Source: Nitrospinales bacterium | GTDB lineage: Bacteria > Nitrospinota > Nitrospinia > Nitrospinales > VA-1 | Direction: 5' to 3' | DNA length: 64,000 bases | Assembly: GCA_965223795.1 (NCBI GenBank) | Contig: CBDCXL010000002.1 | Coordinates: 512,001-576,000 of the forward strand | Part shown: positions 11,951 through 21,542 of the stretch, in pieces | Layout of the letters: each line of letters begins with the position of its first letter | Position numbering within the stretch: position 1 is the stretch's first letter | Translations under genes and position numbers: made by a program | The notes under the pieces: generated by a model | Told to the model about the DNA's origin: nothing | The model's database searches: none | Seen by the model: the letters and a program-made list of their open reading frames with translations, nothing else

Positions 11951-13342
11951 TCAGGGCTGCAGGGTGACGTAGTAGCCGCTTTTGCCGCGCTGCACCAGCA
12001 GCAGCGCGCTGTCGCGGTAGCCGCCGTCGACGACCGCCTTGGTGAAATCCTCGAAGCGGTGGATTTTTTTCTGGTTTACCTGGCGGATGACGTCGCCCTG
12101 CTGGATGCCGATGCGGTCGGCGGGCCCGTCGGGCACCACCTGCACGACCACCACGCCTTTGCGGGTGCGGAGCCGGTACTTGCGCGTCGCGTTTTCGTTG
12201 ATTCCCTGCGCCCAGAACCCCAGCCAGCTGCGCACGAACTCGGAGACCCGCTTTCTCGGGATGGCCTTGATCTTGAGCCTGAAATCCCGTTCGCGGCCGT
12301 CGCGCCAGACGGAAAAGGTGATGTTGTTGCCGATCGAGTAGGACGCCAGCCTCTGGTTGTACTCGAGCCGGTCCTTGATCTCGTGGTCGTCCAGCTTGAG
12401 GATCAGATCACCGCGCCGGATGCCGATGCGCTTGGCGGGGCTTTCCTGAAACACCTTGCGCACCAGAACGCCGCGCGGCCGGTCCAGCTTGTAATAGCGC
12501 ACCAGGTCCGGCGTCATGTCCTGCACGAACACGCCGAGCCAGCCGCGCCGCACCTTGCCGAAATGGATCAGGTCGTTGATGATGCGCTTGGCGTTGTCGA
12601 TGGGAATGGCGAAGCCGATGCCTTCGGCCTTCTGGTAAATGGCGGTGTTGATGCCGATCAGCGACCCGTTGATGTTGAGCAGCGGTCCGCCGGAGTTGCC
12701 GGGGTTGATGCTGGCGTCGACCTGGATGAAATCGTGGTAGGTGAGGTTTTTCCCGGCCTGGATGGAACGGTTGAGCGCGCTGATGATCCCGGTGGTGACG
12801 GTGTGCTGCAGGCCGTAAGGGTTGCCGATGGCGAGCACGGTCTCGCCGATCATCAGATCGTTGGAGACCCCCATCTTGACATACGGCAGCGCTTCCTTGG
12901 GCTGGATCTTGATCACCGCCAGGTCCGAGTTGCGGTCCGCCCCCACCAGCTGGGCGTCGTACTCGCGCTTGTCGATCAGGGTCACCTTGATGCGCACGGC
13001 TTTGCCGATGACGTGCTCGTTGGTCAGGATGTAGCCCTCGGGATTGATGATGACGCCGCTTCCGAGGCTGCGCCGCTGGTTGTCCAGGTTGGGGAAAAAA
13101 TCGCGGAAGAACTGGTCGAACACGTTGTTGCCGAAATTGCGGAACGGGTTGCCCGGAGCCTGGGTCACTTCCTCGGTGTAGATGTTGACCACGGAGGGCC
13201 CGACTTTCTGCACGGCGAGGACGAGCGGGGTCTTGCGGTTGAACCGCTCCGCGCCGTCCGCGAAGGGAACCGCGGCCGACAACAGGGCTCCCGCCAAAAA
13301 CAGCGCCCGGATGAAACGGGTTCCTGTCGGAAAAACGCGCAT
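11951..13342 (-). CDS. Do/DegQ-family periplasmic serine endopeptidase with 2 PDZ domains (start uncertain)
   Basis: GSGVII, TNEHV, DLAVI, GNSGGPL, two PDZ domains. Confidence 0.93.
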   Translation of the reverse strand: MRVFPTGTRFIRALFLAGALLSAAVPFADGAERFNRKTPLVLAVQKVGPSVVNIYTEEVTQAPGNPFRNFGNNVFDQFFRDFFPNLDNQRRSLGSGVIINPEGYILTNEHVIGKAVRIKVTLIDKREYDAQLVGADRNSDLAVIKIQPKEALPYVKMGVSNDLMIGETVLAIGNPYGLQHTVTTGIISALNRSIQAGKNLTYHDFIQVDASINPGNSGGPLLNINGSLIGINTAIYQKAEGIGFAIPIDNAKRIINDLIHFGKVRRGWLGVFVQDMTPDLVRYYKLDRPRGVLVRKVFQESPAKRIGIRRGDLILKLDDHEIKDRLEYNQRLASYSIGNNITFSVWRDGRERDFRLKIKAIPRKRVSEFVRSWLGFWAQGINENATRKYRLRTRKGVVVVQVVPDGPADRIGIQQGDVIRQVNQKKIHRFEDFTKAVVDGGYRDSALLLVQRGKSGYYVTLQP

Positions 13343-13427
13343 GGGTGTCAGGAAATGTGGAAAAAGAATGGCGGATCCGAAAAGATCCGCCATATTTTTG
13401 ACAAAAACCGGCAGGATTATTATCTCT

Positions 13428-13470
13428 AAAAACGGAGCGGGAGCAACCCTTTTTCCTCCCGCCCCGTTCT
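13428..13470 (-). terminator. Intrinsic terminator-like hairpin between the two protease genes
   Basis: Minus strand AACGGGGCGGGAG-loop-CTCCCGCTCCGTT followed by a T run. Confidence 0.55.
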
Positions 13471-13517
13471 TACGATCGGAAGATCCGGGATTCCTCCCGG
13501 CTGGGGGCAAAGCCCGT

Positions 13518-14993
13518 TTACATCTTGACCGCGATGTAAATGGTGGTGCCGCCGCGGCGGACGAGGAACAGCACGGTGCTGCCCTTTTTCACCTTCTCCA
13601 TCGCGCGCTTGTAGCTGGACACGGATTTGACGGGCGTGCGGTTGATCTCGGTGATCACGTCGCCCCGCCGCACACCGGCCTCGGCGGCCGCGCCGCCTGC
13701 GGTGGCTTCGGAGACGAGCACCCCTTCAACCGTTTCGAGCTGCAGGCTCTGCATGAGCTCAGGCGTGATGTCCTGAACCTGCAGTCCGAGCTGATCTTCT
13801 TTCGAAGCCACTTTCGGGGCTTCGGTGTCCTTGAGAACGTCGATGTGGACGTCGAACGTCTTTTTCTTGCCGTCGCGCACGACTTCCACTTTCACGTTGG
13901 AGTTGGGAGGCGTCGCCGCAACGATTTTGGGCAGCTCTTCCATCTCGGTGACGTCCTTGCCGTCGAACTTCAGGATGACGTCGCCCCGCTTGAGGCCGGC
14001 CTTGGCCGCCGGACCGTCCGGGATGACATCGCCCACCAGGGCGCCCGTGGCTTCATCGAGGCCGAAGGATTTGGCAAGATCGGGTGTGATCTTCTGGATC
14101 ATCACGCCGAGCCAGCCGCGCGTCACGCTGCCTTTTTCCTTCAGGTCCGTGAGAATGTCCTTGGCGACGTTGATGGGAATCGCGAACCCGATCCCGACAT
14201 TGCCGCCGGTGTTGCCGGAAATGATCGCCGTGTTGATGCCGATGACATCCCCCTTGATGTTGATCAACGGACCGCCGGAGTTGCCTGGGTTGATCGAGGC
14301 GTCGGTCTGGATGAACTCGTCATAGGGCCCGGCGCCGATGTTGCGGCTGAGCGCGCTGACCACGCCCACGGTGACGGTGTGGCTCAGACCGAAGGGATTG
14401 CCGATCGCCATGACCCACTCGCCCACCTCGAGCCGGTCGGAATCGCCGAGCTTCAGGAAAGGAAAGTCCTTCCGGTCCTCGTTGTCTTTAATCTTGATCA
14501 ACGCGATGTCGGTTTTGGAATCGGAACCAATCAGATCGGCGGTGAATTCTTTGTTGTCGTCCATGGTGATGATGATTTCATCCGCGCCTTCCACCACATG
14601 GTAATTGGTCAGTATGTGGCCCTGGGCGTCGATGAAAAATCCCGACCCCATGCCGCGCCGGGGACGCTGCTCGGGCCGCTGGCCGAAAAACCGGTCATAA
14701 AAATCCTTGAAGGGATCGGGAACGTCGTCACGATCACGTGGAGACGGAAAATTCGGGGGACGGCGCGTTGCCGATTTGGTTTTGGCTTTGGTGCTCACGT
14801 TCACCACGGCCGGGTTTTCCTTTTTGGCGATCTCCACGAAAATGTTGCTCGACAGGGGACCGTTTTCGGTGCTCAGGGCCAGAGCCCGGTCCAGCAGGGC
14901 ATTCATGATTCCCGTGTTCCCCGGAGCAAGGGGAAAAAGAAAAACAGCGGCGAGAAATACAACGCAGGAAATCTTTGCAGTCTTAAAAATCAT
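13518..14993 (-). CDS. degP: DegP/Do-family periplasmic serine endopeptidase
   Basis: TNYHV, DIALIK, GNSGGPL, two PDZ domains, signal peptide. Confidence 0.92.
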   Translation of the reverse strand: MIFKTAKISCVVFLAAVFLFPLAPGNTGIMNALLDRALALSTENGPLSSNIFVEIAKKENPAVVNVSTKAKTKSATRRPPNFPSPRDRDDVPDPFKDFYDRFFGQRPEQRPRRGMGSGFFIDAQGHILTNYHVVEGADEIIITMDDNKEFTADLIGSDSKTDIALIKIKDNEDRKDFPFLKLGDSDRLEVGEWVMAIGNPFGLSHTVTVGVVSALSRNIGAGPYDEFIQTDASINPGNSGGPLINIKGDVIGINTAIISGNTGGNVGIGFAIPINVAKDILTDLKEKGSVTRGWLGVMIQKITPDLAKSFGLDEATGALVGDVIPDGPAAKAGLKRGDVILKFDGKDVTEMEELPKIVAATPPNSNVKVEVVRDGKKKTFDVHIDVLKDTEAPKVASKEDQLGLQVQDITPELMQSLQLETVEGVLVSEATAGGAAAEAGVRRGDVITEINRTPVKSVSSYKRAMEKVKKGSTVLFLVRRGGTTIYIAVKM

Positions 14994-15786
14994 GTGTCAA
15001 CCTCTCTGCTTTACAGTCCAATAGAATATGGGATTGATCTGGGGAAGGATTTCCAATTTCGCGGATAGATTGGATTTCCCATCCGGTGATGAACATCCTG
15101 CCAAGTTATCAAAGGGATATTAAAGAAATATTAAAGTCCGATTAATTTTTCTTAATTCCCTGGATCAAAAATGTGCCTGATATTCATGTTTCCAGGGGCA
15201 GCAGGCGCTTTGCGGCTGGCTCCGTGAACATTCCATCCTCTTTTTGCTGCCGCCTCTGGAGGATCGCCGTACACTCTGGATGCGCCCCGCTCTGAGCTTG
15301 AAAATGCCTGTTTCGCAAGGGTTTCCGGATGCATTGCGAACGGAAAACCGCCAGCCCGCCGCCGGATTCACTCGTAATTTGCTCTTCGGATACGCCTTGT
15401 GGAAAACCGTGTTACCGGGTCGTTCTGGCTTCGGGAGAATTGATGCTAAATTTATTATAAATGTGCCTAAGTTTATTTACAACCGGATTTTACGCGCCTT
15501 CCACCGGCTCTCTGAATTTGCGGTTGACTCGGGCGGGAAGATCAAAGATAATCGAAAATAAGAATATGGGCCGATTTTTCAATGGCTCAGAGGCAGGAGA
15601 ACGGAAATGGCCGGTTTTCCCGCCCGCATTCTTCGTGGTCCCCTTCTAAGGACGGTGAAATCCGAAGGGTTCGCCCGAGGCCGCCGGGTTTTCCTCACAA
15701 GAGCGGATCCGCCCGGAATGGACGGGCGACCCGCGCTCCTTCCCCGTTTCGCTGTTCCTGATCACATTCCACGCACGAGTCCAGTC

Positions 15787-15987
15787 ATGAGCCTTTTTCT
15801 TGCAGCCTTCGGACTGATGATGGTGTTTGAGGGCATCCCGTATTTCTGCTTTCCTTCCAGGGTGAAGGCGTTCGCGCAGAAAATTCCGGAAATCCCCAAC
15901 AGCACGCTCAGGGCGATCGGGCTGTTTCTCATGCTGTGCGGGCTGATCCTAGCCTACTTCGGGAGGTCTCTGGTCGAAAATGGATAA
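15787..15987 (+). CDS. DUF2065 family small membrane protein
   Basis: MSLFLAAFGLMMVFEGIPYFCFP...LRAIGLFLMLCG. Confidence 0.85.
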   Translation: MSLFLAAFGLMMVFEGIPYFCFPSRVKAFAQKIPEIPNSTLRAIGLFLMLCGLILAYFGRSLVENG

Positions 15988-16417
15988 ACGAAACGTTTCC
16001 CCGGGATTTCTTTTGATGCTATTCTTTTGCCTGTCCACGCTCACAGGATGCACCTCCACGCAGACCACGGGCGAATATTCCGAGACGGGGGAAGAAGGGT
16101 TTACCGAATACGCCTACCCGTTCACGGACGTGCCGGTGCCTTACGGATTCAGCGCCGACCGCAAAAAATCCTTCGTGTACGAATCGGGGACGGGCACGTT
16201 CAAGGTGGGGCGCCTGTATTACTCGGGGTGGAACAAACCCAGGGAAGTGGTGGACTATTACCAGAACGCGATGATCAACAAAGGCTGGGAGCTGATCAAT
16301 TCCCTGGTGCATGAGGGCACGATCCTGAATTACCAGAAGGAAGGCTGGGCGTGCACTCTGATCGTGACCGAGGCGCTGCTCAAAACCAACGTGGAAATTC
16401 AGATCGGCCCGAAATGA
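15980..16417 (+). CDS. Hypothetical lipoprotein
   Basis: Lipobox LTGC; FTDVPVP...YYQNAMINKGW. Confidence 0.75.
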   Translation: MDKRNVSPGFLLMLFFCLSTLTGCTSTQTTGEYSETGEEGFTEYAYPFTDVPVPYGFSADRKKSFVYESGTGTFKVGRLYYSGWNKPREVVDYYQNAMINKGWELINSLVHEGTILNYQKEGWACTLIVTEALLKTNVEIQIGPK

Positions 16418-16468
16418 TCCGCCCCGCCGCGGGTCCGATGCGCAGAATCACCCGGCTTTATCCAGGAT

Positions 16469-17221
16469 GTGAGCATGGCTTTTCCCTCCCCCCGGCAGCG
16501 GGTGCTGGATTTTCCCTCGCGCCCGGAATTCCGGTTCTCCAACTTCGTGGTTTCCGAAGGGTCCCGGTTCGCGTTTGAAGCGGCCCGCAATATCAGCGCG
16601 GACGATGCCGCAGCGTCCTCCTCGCTGTACCTATACGGACCGGAAAAGCTGGGCAAGACCCACCTGTTGATGGCGATCGGCAACGAGGTCGCCGAACGCG
16701 ACCCGCAGAAAAAAACGCTGTACGTGCACGCGGGCGATTTCGTCCGCAACGCGGAAGGCGGCGCGCCGGAGGCGGTGAACGACCTGGTGCTCACGCTCAT
16801 CGATGCGGATTTTTTCCTGCTGGACGACGTGCAGGCGGTTTCCGGCAATCCGACGGCGCAGGAAAAGCTGTACCATGTTTTCAACGTTCGCAGGGAAGCG
16901 GACAAAAAATCGGTGTTCACCGGCAGCGAACGGCCGGACCGCCTCAAAGACACAGAGCGCTATCTCACCTCCAGGCTGCAATGGGGCATGACGGCGGAGA
17001 TCCATCCCATCGACGATCACACCACAGCGCAAATCATCCAGAAGCTGGGCAAGGATCTGGGCCTCACCATCCCGGAGAGCATCGTCGAGTTTCTCCTCAC
17101 CCGCATCCCGCGCGACTTCGCCTCCATCCGCAGCACGGTCGCCAAGATCAATCAGGAATCGCTGGTGCAAAAACGAAAAGTGTCCCTGCCCCTGGCAAAG
17201 GCGGCCCTGAACCTGCACTGA
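16469..17221 (+). CDS. hda: DnaA/Hda family AAA+ protein (Hda-like, no DNA-binding domain)
   Basis: N-terminal clamp-binding-like QRVLDF, FSNFV, GPEKLGKTHLL, LDDV, SRLQWG. Confidence 0.75.
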   Translation: MSMAFPSPRQRVLDFPSRPEFRFSNFVVSEGSRFAFEAARNISADDAAASSSLYLYGPEKLGKTHLLMAIGNEVAERDPQKKTLYVHAGDFVRNAEGGAPEAVNDLVLTLIDADFFLLDDVQAVSGNPTAQEKLYHVFNVRREADKKSVFTGSERPDRLKDTERYLTSRLQWGMTAEIHPIDDHTTAQIIQKLGKDLGLTIPESIVEFLLTRIPRDFASIRSTVAKINQESLVQKRKVSLPLAKAALNLH

Positions 17222-17231
17222 GGCCGGCCCA

Positions 17232-18869
17232 ATGGATTCGGCCAACATCGCCGGTCTGCTGCGGCAGGCGGCAAAGACCCACCCGGACGCCGCCGCGGTC
17301 CGCATGGCCGGGACGGACCATTCCGTGAGCTTCCGCGAACTCGACGCCGCCAGCAACCGTCTGGCTTCCGGATTGACGCGGCTGGGGATCACGCACGGCC
17401 TGCGTGTGCTGGTGCTCGTGCCTTTCGGCGCGGAATTCATCCGCATCGCGTTCGCGCTGTTTAAAGCTGGCGCGGTGCCGGTGCTGATCGACCCCGGTCT
17501 GGGCCGCAAAAACGCGCTGCACTGCATCGAGCAGGCCGGGCCCGTAGCGATGATCGGCGTTCCTCTGGCGCACGCGGTGCGCAGATTGTTTCCGCGGCCG
17601 TTTCGTTCGGTGAACATTCTGGTCACGGCGGGGCGGCGCTGGTTCTGGGGCGGCAGCACGCTCAAAAAAACGCAGGCCTCCGGTTCGCCGGAGTTTCAAT
17701 CGGCGTCCACAGGCCCCGATGATCCCGCCGCCGTGCTGTTCACCAGCGGCAGCACCGGCCCCTCGAAAGGCGTGCTGTACACGCACGGCATGTTCCAGCA
17801 GCAGGTGGCAGCGCTGAAATCGCTCTACGGCATCGAGGCGGGCGAGACGGATCTCGCGACGTTTCCCTTGTTTTCCCTGTTCAGCATCGGCATGGGCATG
17901 ACGACGGTGATTCCCAAAATGGATTTCACCCGGCCGGCGGACGCCGATCCGGAAAACATACTCGGGCCCATTCGGGCCCATTCGGTTTCCAACTGCTTCG
18001 GCTCCCCGGCTCTGTGGCAGACGGTGAGCCGCTTCGGCGCAGAGCGAAACCTCCGGCTGCCCTCGCTCAGGCGGGTGCTGATCGCGGGCGCGCCGGTTCC
18101 CGGTTCGCTCATCCGTCGTGTGAAATCGCTTTTGCCTGAGGAGGGCCGGGTGTGCACGCCTTACGGCGCGACGGAAGCACTGCCGGTGGCGTCGATCGAG
18201 AGCGCCGAAATCCTCAACGAAACCTGGCCCCGCTCGGAGGAAGGCGCGGGCTTCTGCGTGGGCCTGCCTGTGCCGGGCATCGAGGTCAAAATCATCCGCA
18301 TTCTGGATGCGCCCATCGAATCCTGGCGGGACGATCTTGAAGTGAAAGACGGAGACATCGGCGAGATCGCGGTGCGCGGCGGCTGGGTGACGCGGCATTA
18401 TCTGAACCACCCGGATGCGGACGCGCTGGCGAAGATCCCCGACAGCGCGGGCTTCTGGCACCGCATGGGCGATGTGGGCTGGCGCGATGAATCAGGACGG
18501 CTGTGGTTCTGCGGCCGCAAGAACCAGCGCGTGGTGACGCAAACGGAAACGCTGTTCACCGTTCCCTGTGAGGCGGTGTTCAACCGGCACGCCAAAGTGC
18601 GGCGCACGGCGCTCGTCGGCACCGGCGAGAAAGGAAAGCAGCGGCCGGTTCTCATCATCGAGCCCGAAGAAAAAACCTTGCTGCAATCGAAAGAACGAGG
18701 CGCGGCCCTGATCGAGGAACTCACGGCATTGGGACAAAAGCACGCCCACACGCGGAACATCCGCACGTTCCGGCTGCATCCGGGGTTTCCGGTGGATGTG
18801 CGCCACAACGCGAAGATCTTCCGCGAAAAACTTTCGCTGTGGGCGGAAAAACAACTGAAAGGCTCCTGA
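17232..18869 (+). CDS. oleC: AMP-dependent ligase, OleC (olefin beta-lactone synthetase)-like
   Basis: FTSGSTGPSKG, PYGATEALP, WHRMGD, C-terminal FPVDVRHNAKIFRE. Confidence 0.75.
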   Translation: MDSANIAGLLRQAAKTHPDAAAVRMAGTDHSVSFRELDAASNRLASGLTRLGITHGLRVLVLVPFGAEFIRIAFALFKAGAVPVLIDPGLGRKNALHCIEQAGPVAMIGVPLAHAVRRLFPRPFRSVNILVTAGRRWFWGGSTLKKTQASGSPEFQSASTGPDDPAAVLFTSGSTGPSKGVLYTHGMFQQQVAALKSLYGIEAGETDLATFPLFSLFSIGMGMTTVIPKMDFTRPADADPENILGPIRAHSVSNCFGSPALWQTVSRFGAERNLRLPSLRRVLIAGAPVPGSLIRRVKSLLPEEGRVCTPYGATEALPVASIESAEILNETWPRSEEGAGFCVGLPVPGIEVKIIRILDAPIESWRDDLEVKDGDIGEIAVRGGWVTRHYLNHPDADALAKIPDSAGFWHRMGDVGWRDESGRLWFCGRKNQRVVTQTETLFTVPCEAVFNRHAKVRRTALVGTGEKGKQRPVLIIEPEEKTLLQSKERGAALIEELTALGQKHAHTRNIRTFRLHPGFPVDVRHNAKIFREKLSLWAEKQLKGS

Positions 18870-20344
18870 TGCAGGCGTTTGTCACGCGCATGAAAACCGA
18901 CCGCTGGCTTATGGCGCTGGCTGCGATATTTCTTATCGGGCTGGCTCTCAGGCTGTGGGGCGTCACGCAGCCGCTGCTGGATTTTCACAGCTGGCGGCAG
19001 ACGCTCACCGCCACGGTGGCGAAAAATTTCTACCTGGGAGACATGAACCTGTTCCGCCCGGCGACCAACTGGGCGGTGGAGTACTACGAGTTCGAGTTTC
19101 CCATCTACACGTATAGCGTGGCGCTTTTGTACAAACTGTTCGGCTTTCACGACAGCCTGGGCCGCGTGGTGTCCATCGCCTTCGGGCTGGGCTCGATGGC
19201 CCTTTTGCACCTTCTGACGAAACGGTTTTTCGGCCGCAGCGCCGCCTTGTTCGCCACCGGGCTGTTCGCGGTGCTGCCGATGGCGGTCTATTACACGCGC
19301 ACGTTCATGCCGGAACCGGCGATGCTGTTTTTCTCGATCGCCGGTCTGTACTGTTTCAGCCGCTGGCTGGACTTCGAGCGCTGGAGCGATTTTTTCCTGG
19401 CAGCGGCGGCGTTTTCCCTCGCCTTTCTGATCAAGCTGCCGACGCTGTTTCTCGGCGGGCCGATCCTGTTTCTGGCCTGGCTCAAGTTCAAGGGCAGGAT
19501 GTTCCTGCTGCCGCAGTTCTACCTGTTCCTTGCGATCCTGTTCGTCCCTCCCCTGCTCTGGTACGGGCACATGGGCGATCTGCACGCCGAAGCGCATGCG
19601 GGCCAGAGCATCTGGCTCAACAACGACAAGCTCGCCAACAGCGGCGTCCTGCTGGATTACAAGTTTTACAAGCTGATCTTCTGGACGCGGCTGGGAGAAA
19701 AGATGTTCGCCTTCACGGGATTTTTCTTCGTGCTGATGGGCCTGGCTACAAAACTGGAGCGGCGGGAGCAGTATGTGTTCCACATCTGGTTCGCATCGGT
19801 GTGCGTCTATTTTCTCATCGCCGCGGAGGGCAACCGGATACACGAATACTACCAGCTTCCCATCCTGCCGGCGGGCTGCGCACTGGCGGGTAAATTCCTG
19901 GCGGATTTTTTCGCCCGGCGCAAAGACCGGCTGGCGTGGAGATCGGACTGGAAGCTCTGCGCGGTGACGCTGATGCTGGTGTTCATTCCCGTGCATTCGG
20001 TGTACAAGCTGGAAAAGCGGCTGCGTTTCAACACCGATTACCTCACCATCGGCGAGAAGATCAAAACGCACACGGGGAAAGAGGAATTCATTCTCCTGCA
20101 GGACACGCATGCCAACCGGCCGCAGGCGTTCTACTTCAGCGACCGCAAGGGATGGACGCTGGGCATGCTGCCGCCGTTGAGCGCCGCGCAGGTTCAGGAC
20201 TACGCCCGCAAAGGCGCCCGCTATTTCGGCTGGGTGCGCTACGATTTCGCCAAGACCAACCCGGCGCTGCTCGACCACCTCAGGCAAAACCACGAGACCG
20301 TGGTCGCCCATCCCCTGGTGACGCTGTTCAAGCTCACCCCTTAA
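18869..20344 (+). CDS. GT-C fold glycosyltransferase (ArnT/PMT, family 39/83-like)
   Basis: Multi-TM; HSWRQ, EFPIY, RTFMPE, HEYYQLP; ATG overlaps the upstream TGA. Confidence 0.82.
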   Translation: MQAFVTRMKTDRWLMALAAIFLIGLALRLWGVTQPLLDFHSWRQTLTATVAKNFYLGDMNLFRPATNWAVEYYEFEFPIYTYSVALLYKLFGFHDSLGRVVSIAFGLGSMALLHLLTKRFFGRSAALFATGLFAVLPMAVYYTRTFMPEPAMLFFSIAGLYCFSRWLDFERWSDFFLAAAAFSLAFLIKLPTLFLGGPILFLAWLKFKGRMFLLPQFYLFLAILFVPPLLWYGHMGDLHAEAHAGQSIWLNNDKLANSGVLLDYKFYKLIFWTRLGEKMFAFTGFFFVLMGLATKLERREQYVFHIWFASVCVYFLIAAEGNRIHEYYQLPILPAGCALAGKFLADFFARRKDRLAWRSDWKLCAVTLMLVFIPVHSVYKLEKRLRFNTDYLTIGEKIKTHTGKEEFILLQDTHANRPQAFYFSDRKGWTLGMLPPLSAAQVQDYARKGARYFGWVRYDFAKTNPALLDHLRQNHETVVAHPLVTLFKLTP

Positions 20345-20348
20345 TCAT

Positions 20349-21311
20349 TCAAAACCGGTAGTTCAGAACCAGCCCCGGTTCCCCGCCGGAGAGACGCGGG
20401 TAGAGGGTGTAGTGCGTGCGGCGTTTGCCGCTGTGCAGCTTGAGGATCGTGCGCGAGATGAAGTAACCCAGTGCACCGCCCAAGAACACGTCGGAGGCCC
20501 AGTGCTCGTCGTCGTTGAGGCGGGAATAGGCGGTGAGTCCGGCGATGCCGTAAGCAATGGGCGGGACGAAGGCATTGTCCTTGTAAACATCGGCGAACAC
20601 CGTGGCGATGGCGAAAGCGGTGGATGTGTGGTTGGAGGGAAACGACACATTGCCGTCGAAACCGGGGCCCTCCCAGTCGGTGGAAGAGCGGCCGCTGTTT
20701 GGACGGGGGCGGCCGGTGGCGGCTTTCAGCACCTGGGTGAACAGGCCGGTGATGGCGAAGCTTTCCAGGCTCAACAGCGCCGCGCGCGCGGCGCGCTCGT
20801 TTTCTGCGAAATGACCGTAAGCGTAGAACCCCGCCAGAGCCGGGACGGAGTACAGAACGTTGCCGAACGGTTCGAACACGCGGGCGAGATCGTCGGTGGC
20901 GGCGGTGCGGTTGTCCTGCACCCGCTCCTGAATGTCATTGTCCAGTGCGATCAAGCCGCCGGTGACGCCGAGCACCGCCCCGGCTTTGAGCCAGTCCTTG
21001 CCGTTCCAGCGTAGGGGCGAGGTGACGATGTATCGGGCGTCGGAGAAGATGCCGAGAAAATAATCCTGGTTGAGCTTGAGATTAGGCCGCTCTTTCGCCT
21101 GCGAAGCGTGGCGCGGATTTTTAAGCTGCGCCTGTGCGAATTCGGGGCCAACCTTAAAGCAGGCGGGACGGCAGACCCGGCCGGGAAAAGAATCGAGGGC
21201 AACACGGCCTGCGAGCGGTGTCTTCGCCGCTTCCTGGTATGCGAATGAGGGATCGGCAGCAAACCCAAGAGAGAGGAAGATTGCGGCTGCGGCTGAGACG
21301 GATCGATTCAC
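20349..21311 (-). CDS. PAP2 family phosphatase (start uncertain)
   Basis: K...GRPRP, SFPSNH, SRLNDDEHWASDV. Confidence 0.88.
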   Translation of the reverse strand: MNRSVSAAAAIFLSLGFAADPSFAYQEAAKTPLAGRVALDSFPGRVCRPACFKVGPEFAQAQLKNPRHASQAKERPNLKLNQDYFLGIFSDARYIVTSPLRWNGKDWLKAGAVLGVTGGLIALDNDIQERVQDNRTAATDDLARVFEPFGNVLYSVPALAGFYAYGHFAENERAARAALLSLESFAITGLFTQVLKAATGRPRPNSGRSSTDWEGPGFDGNVSFPSNHTSTAFAIATVFADVYKDNAFVPPIAYGIAGLTAYSRLNDDEHWASDVFLGGALGYFISRTILKLHSGKRRTHYTLYPRLSGGEPGLVLNYRF

Positions 21312-21542
21312 ATCCCTGCTCCCGGTCTCGGACGATGGCTTCCCGGCAGGCACACGACTGCATGCGGCGTGAGTTGAATACCCATCCTGTTTCCCGCCCA
21401 AATGCAATGACTGTTGCGATGAGTAACAAGTTACAGGAGGGATGCGGGCATGCGAAAGGAAAAAGCAAAACGGATGAGGAATCCGGATTCTGCAGGCGGG
21501 GAGCGGAAATGAAATTTTATCGGGAGGGGTGAGCGTGAACGC

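Noticed and set aside
15630..15750. FMN riboswitch (GGTGAAATCC resemblance)
   Set aside because: Other conserved FMN segments are absent and the downstream gene is unrelated to riboflavin
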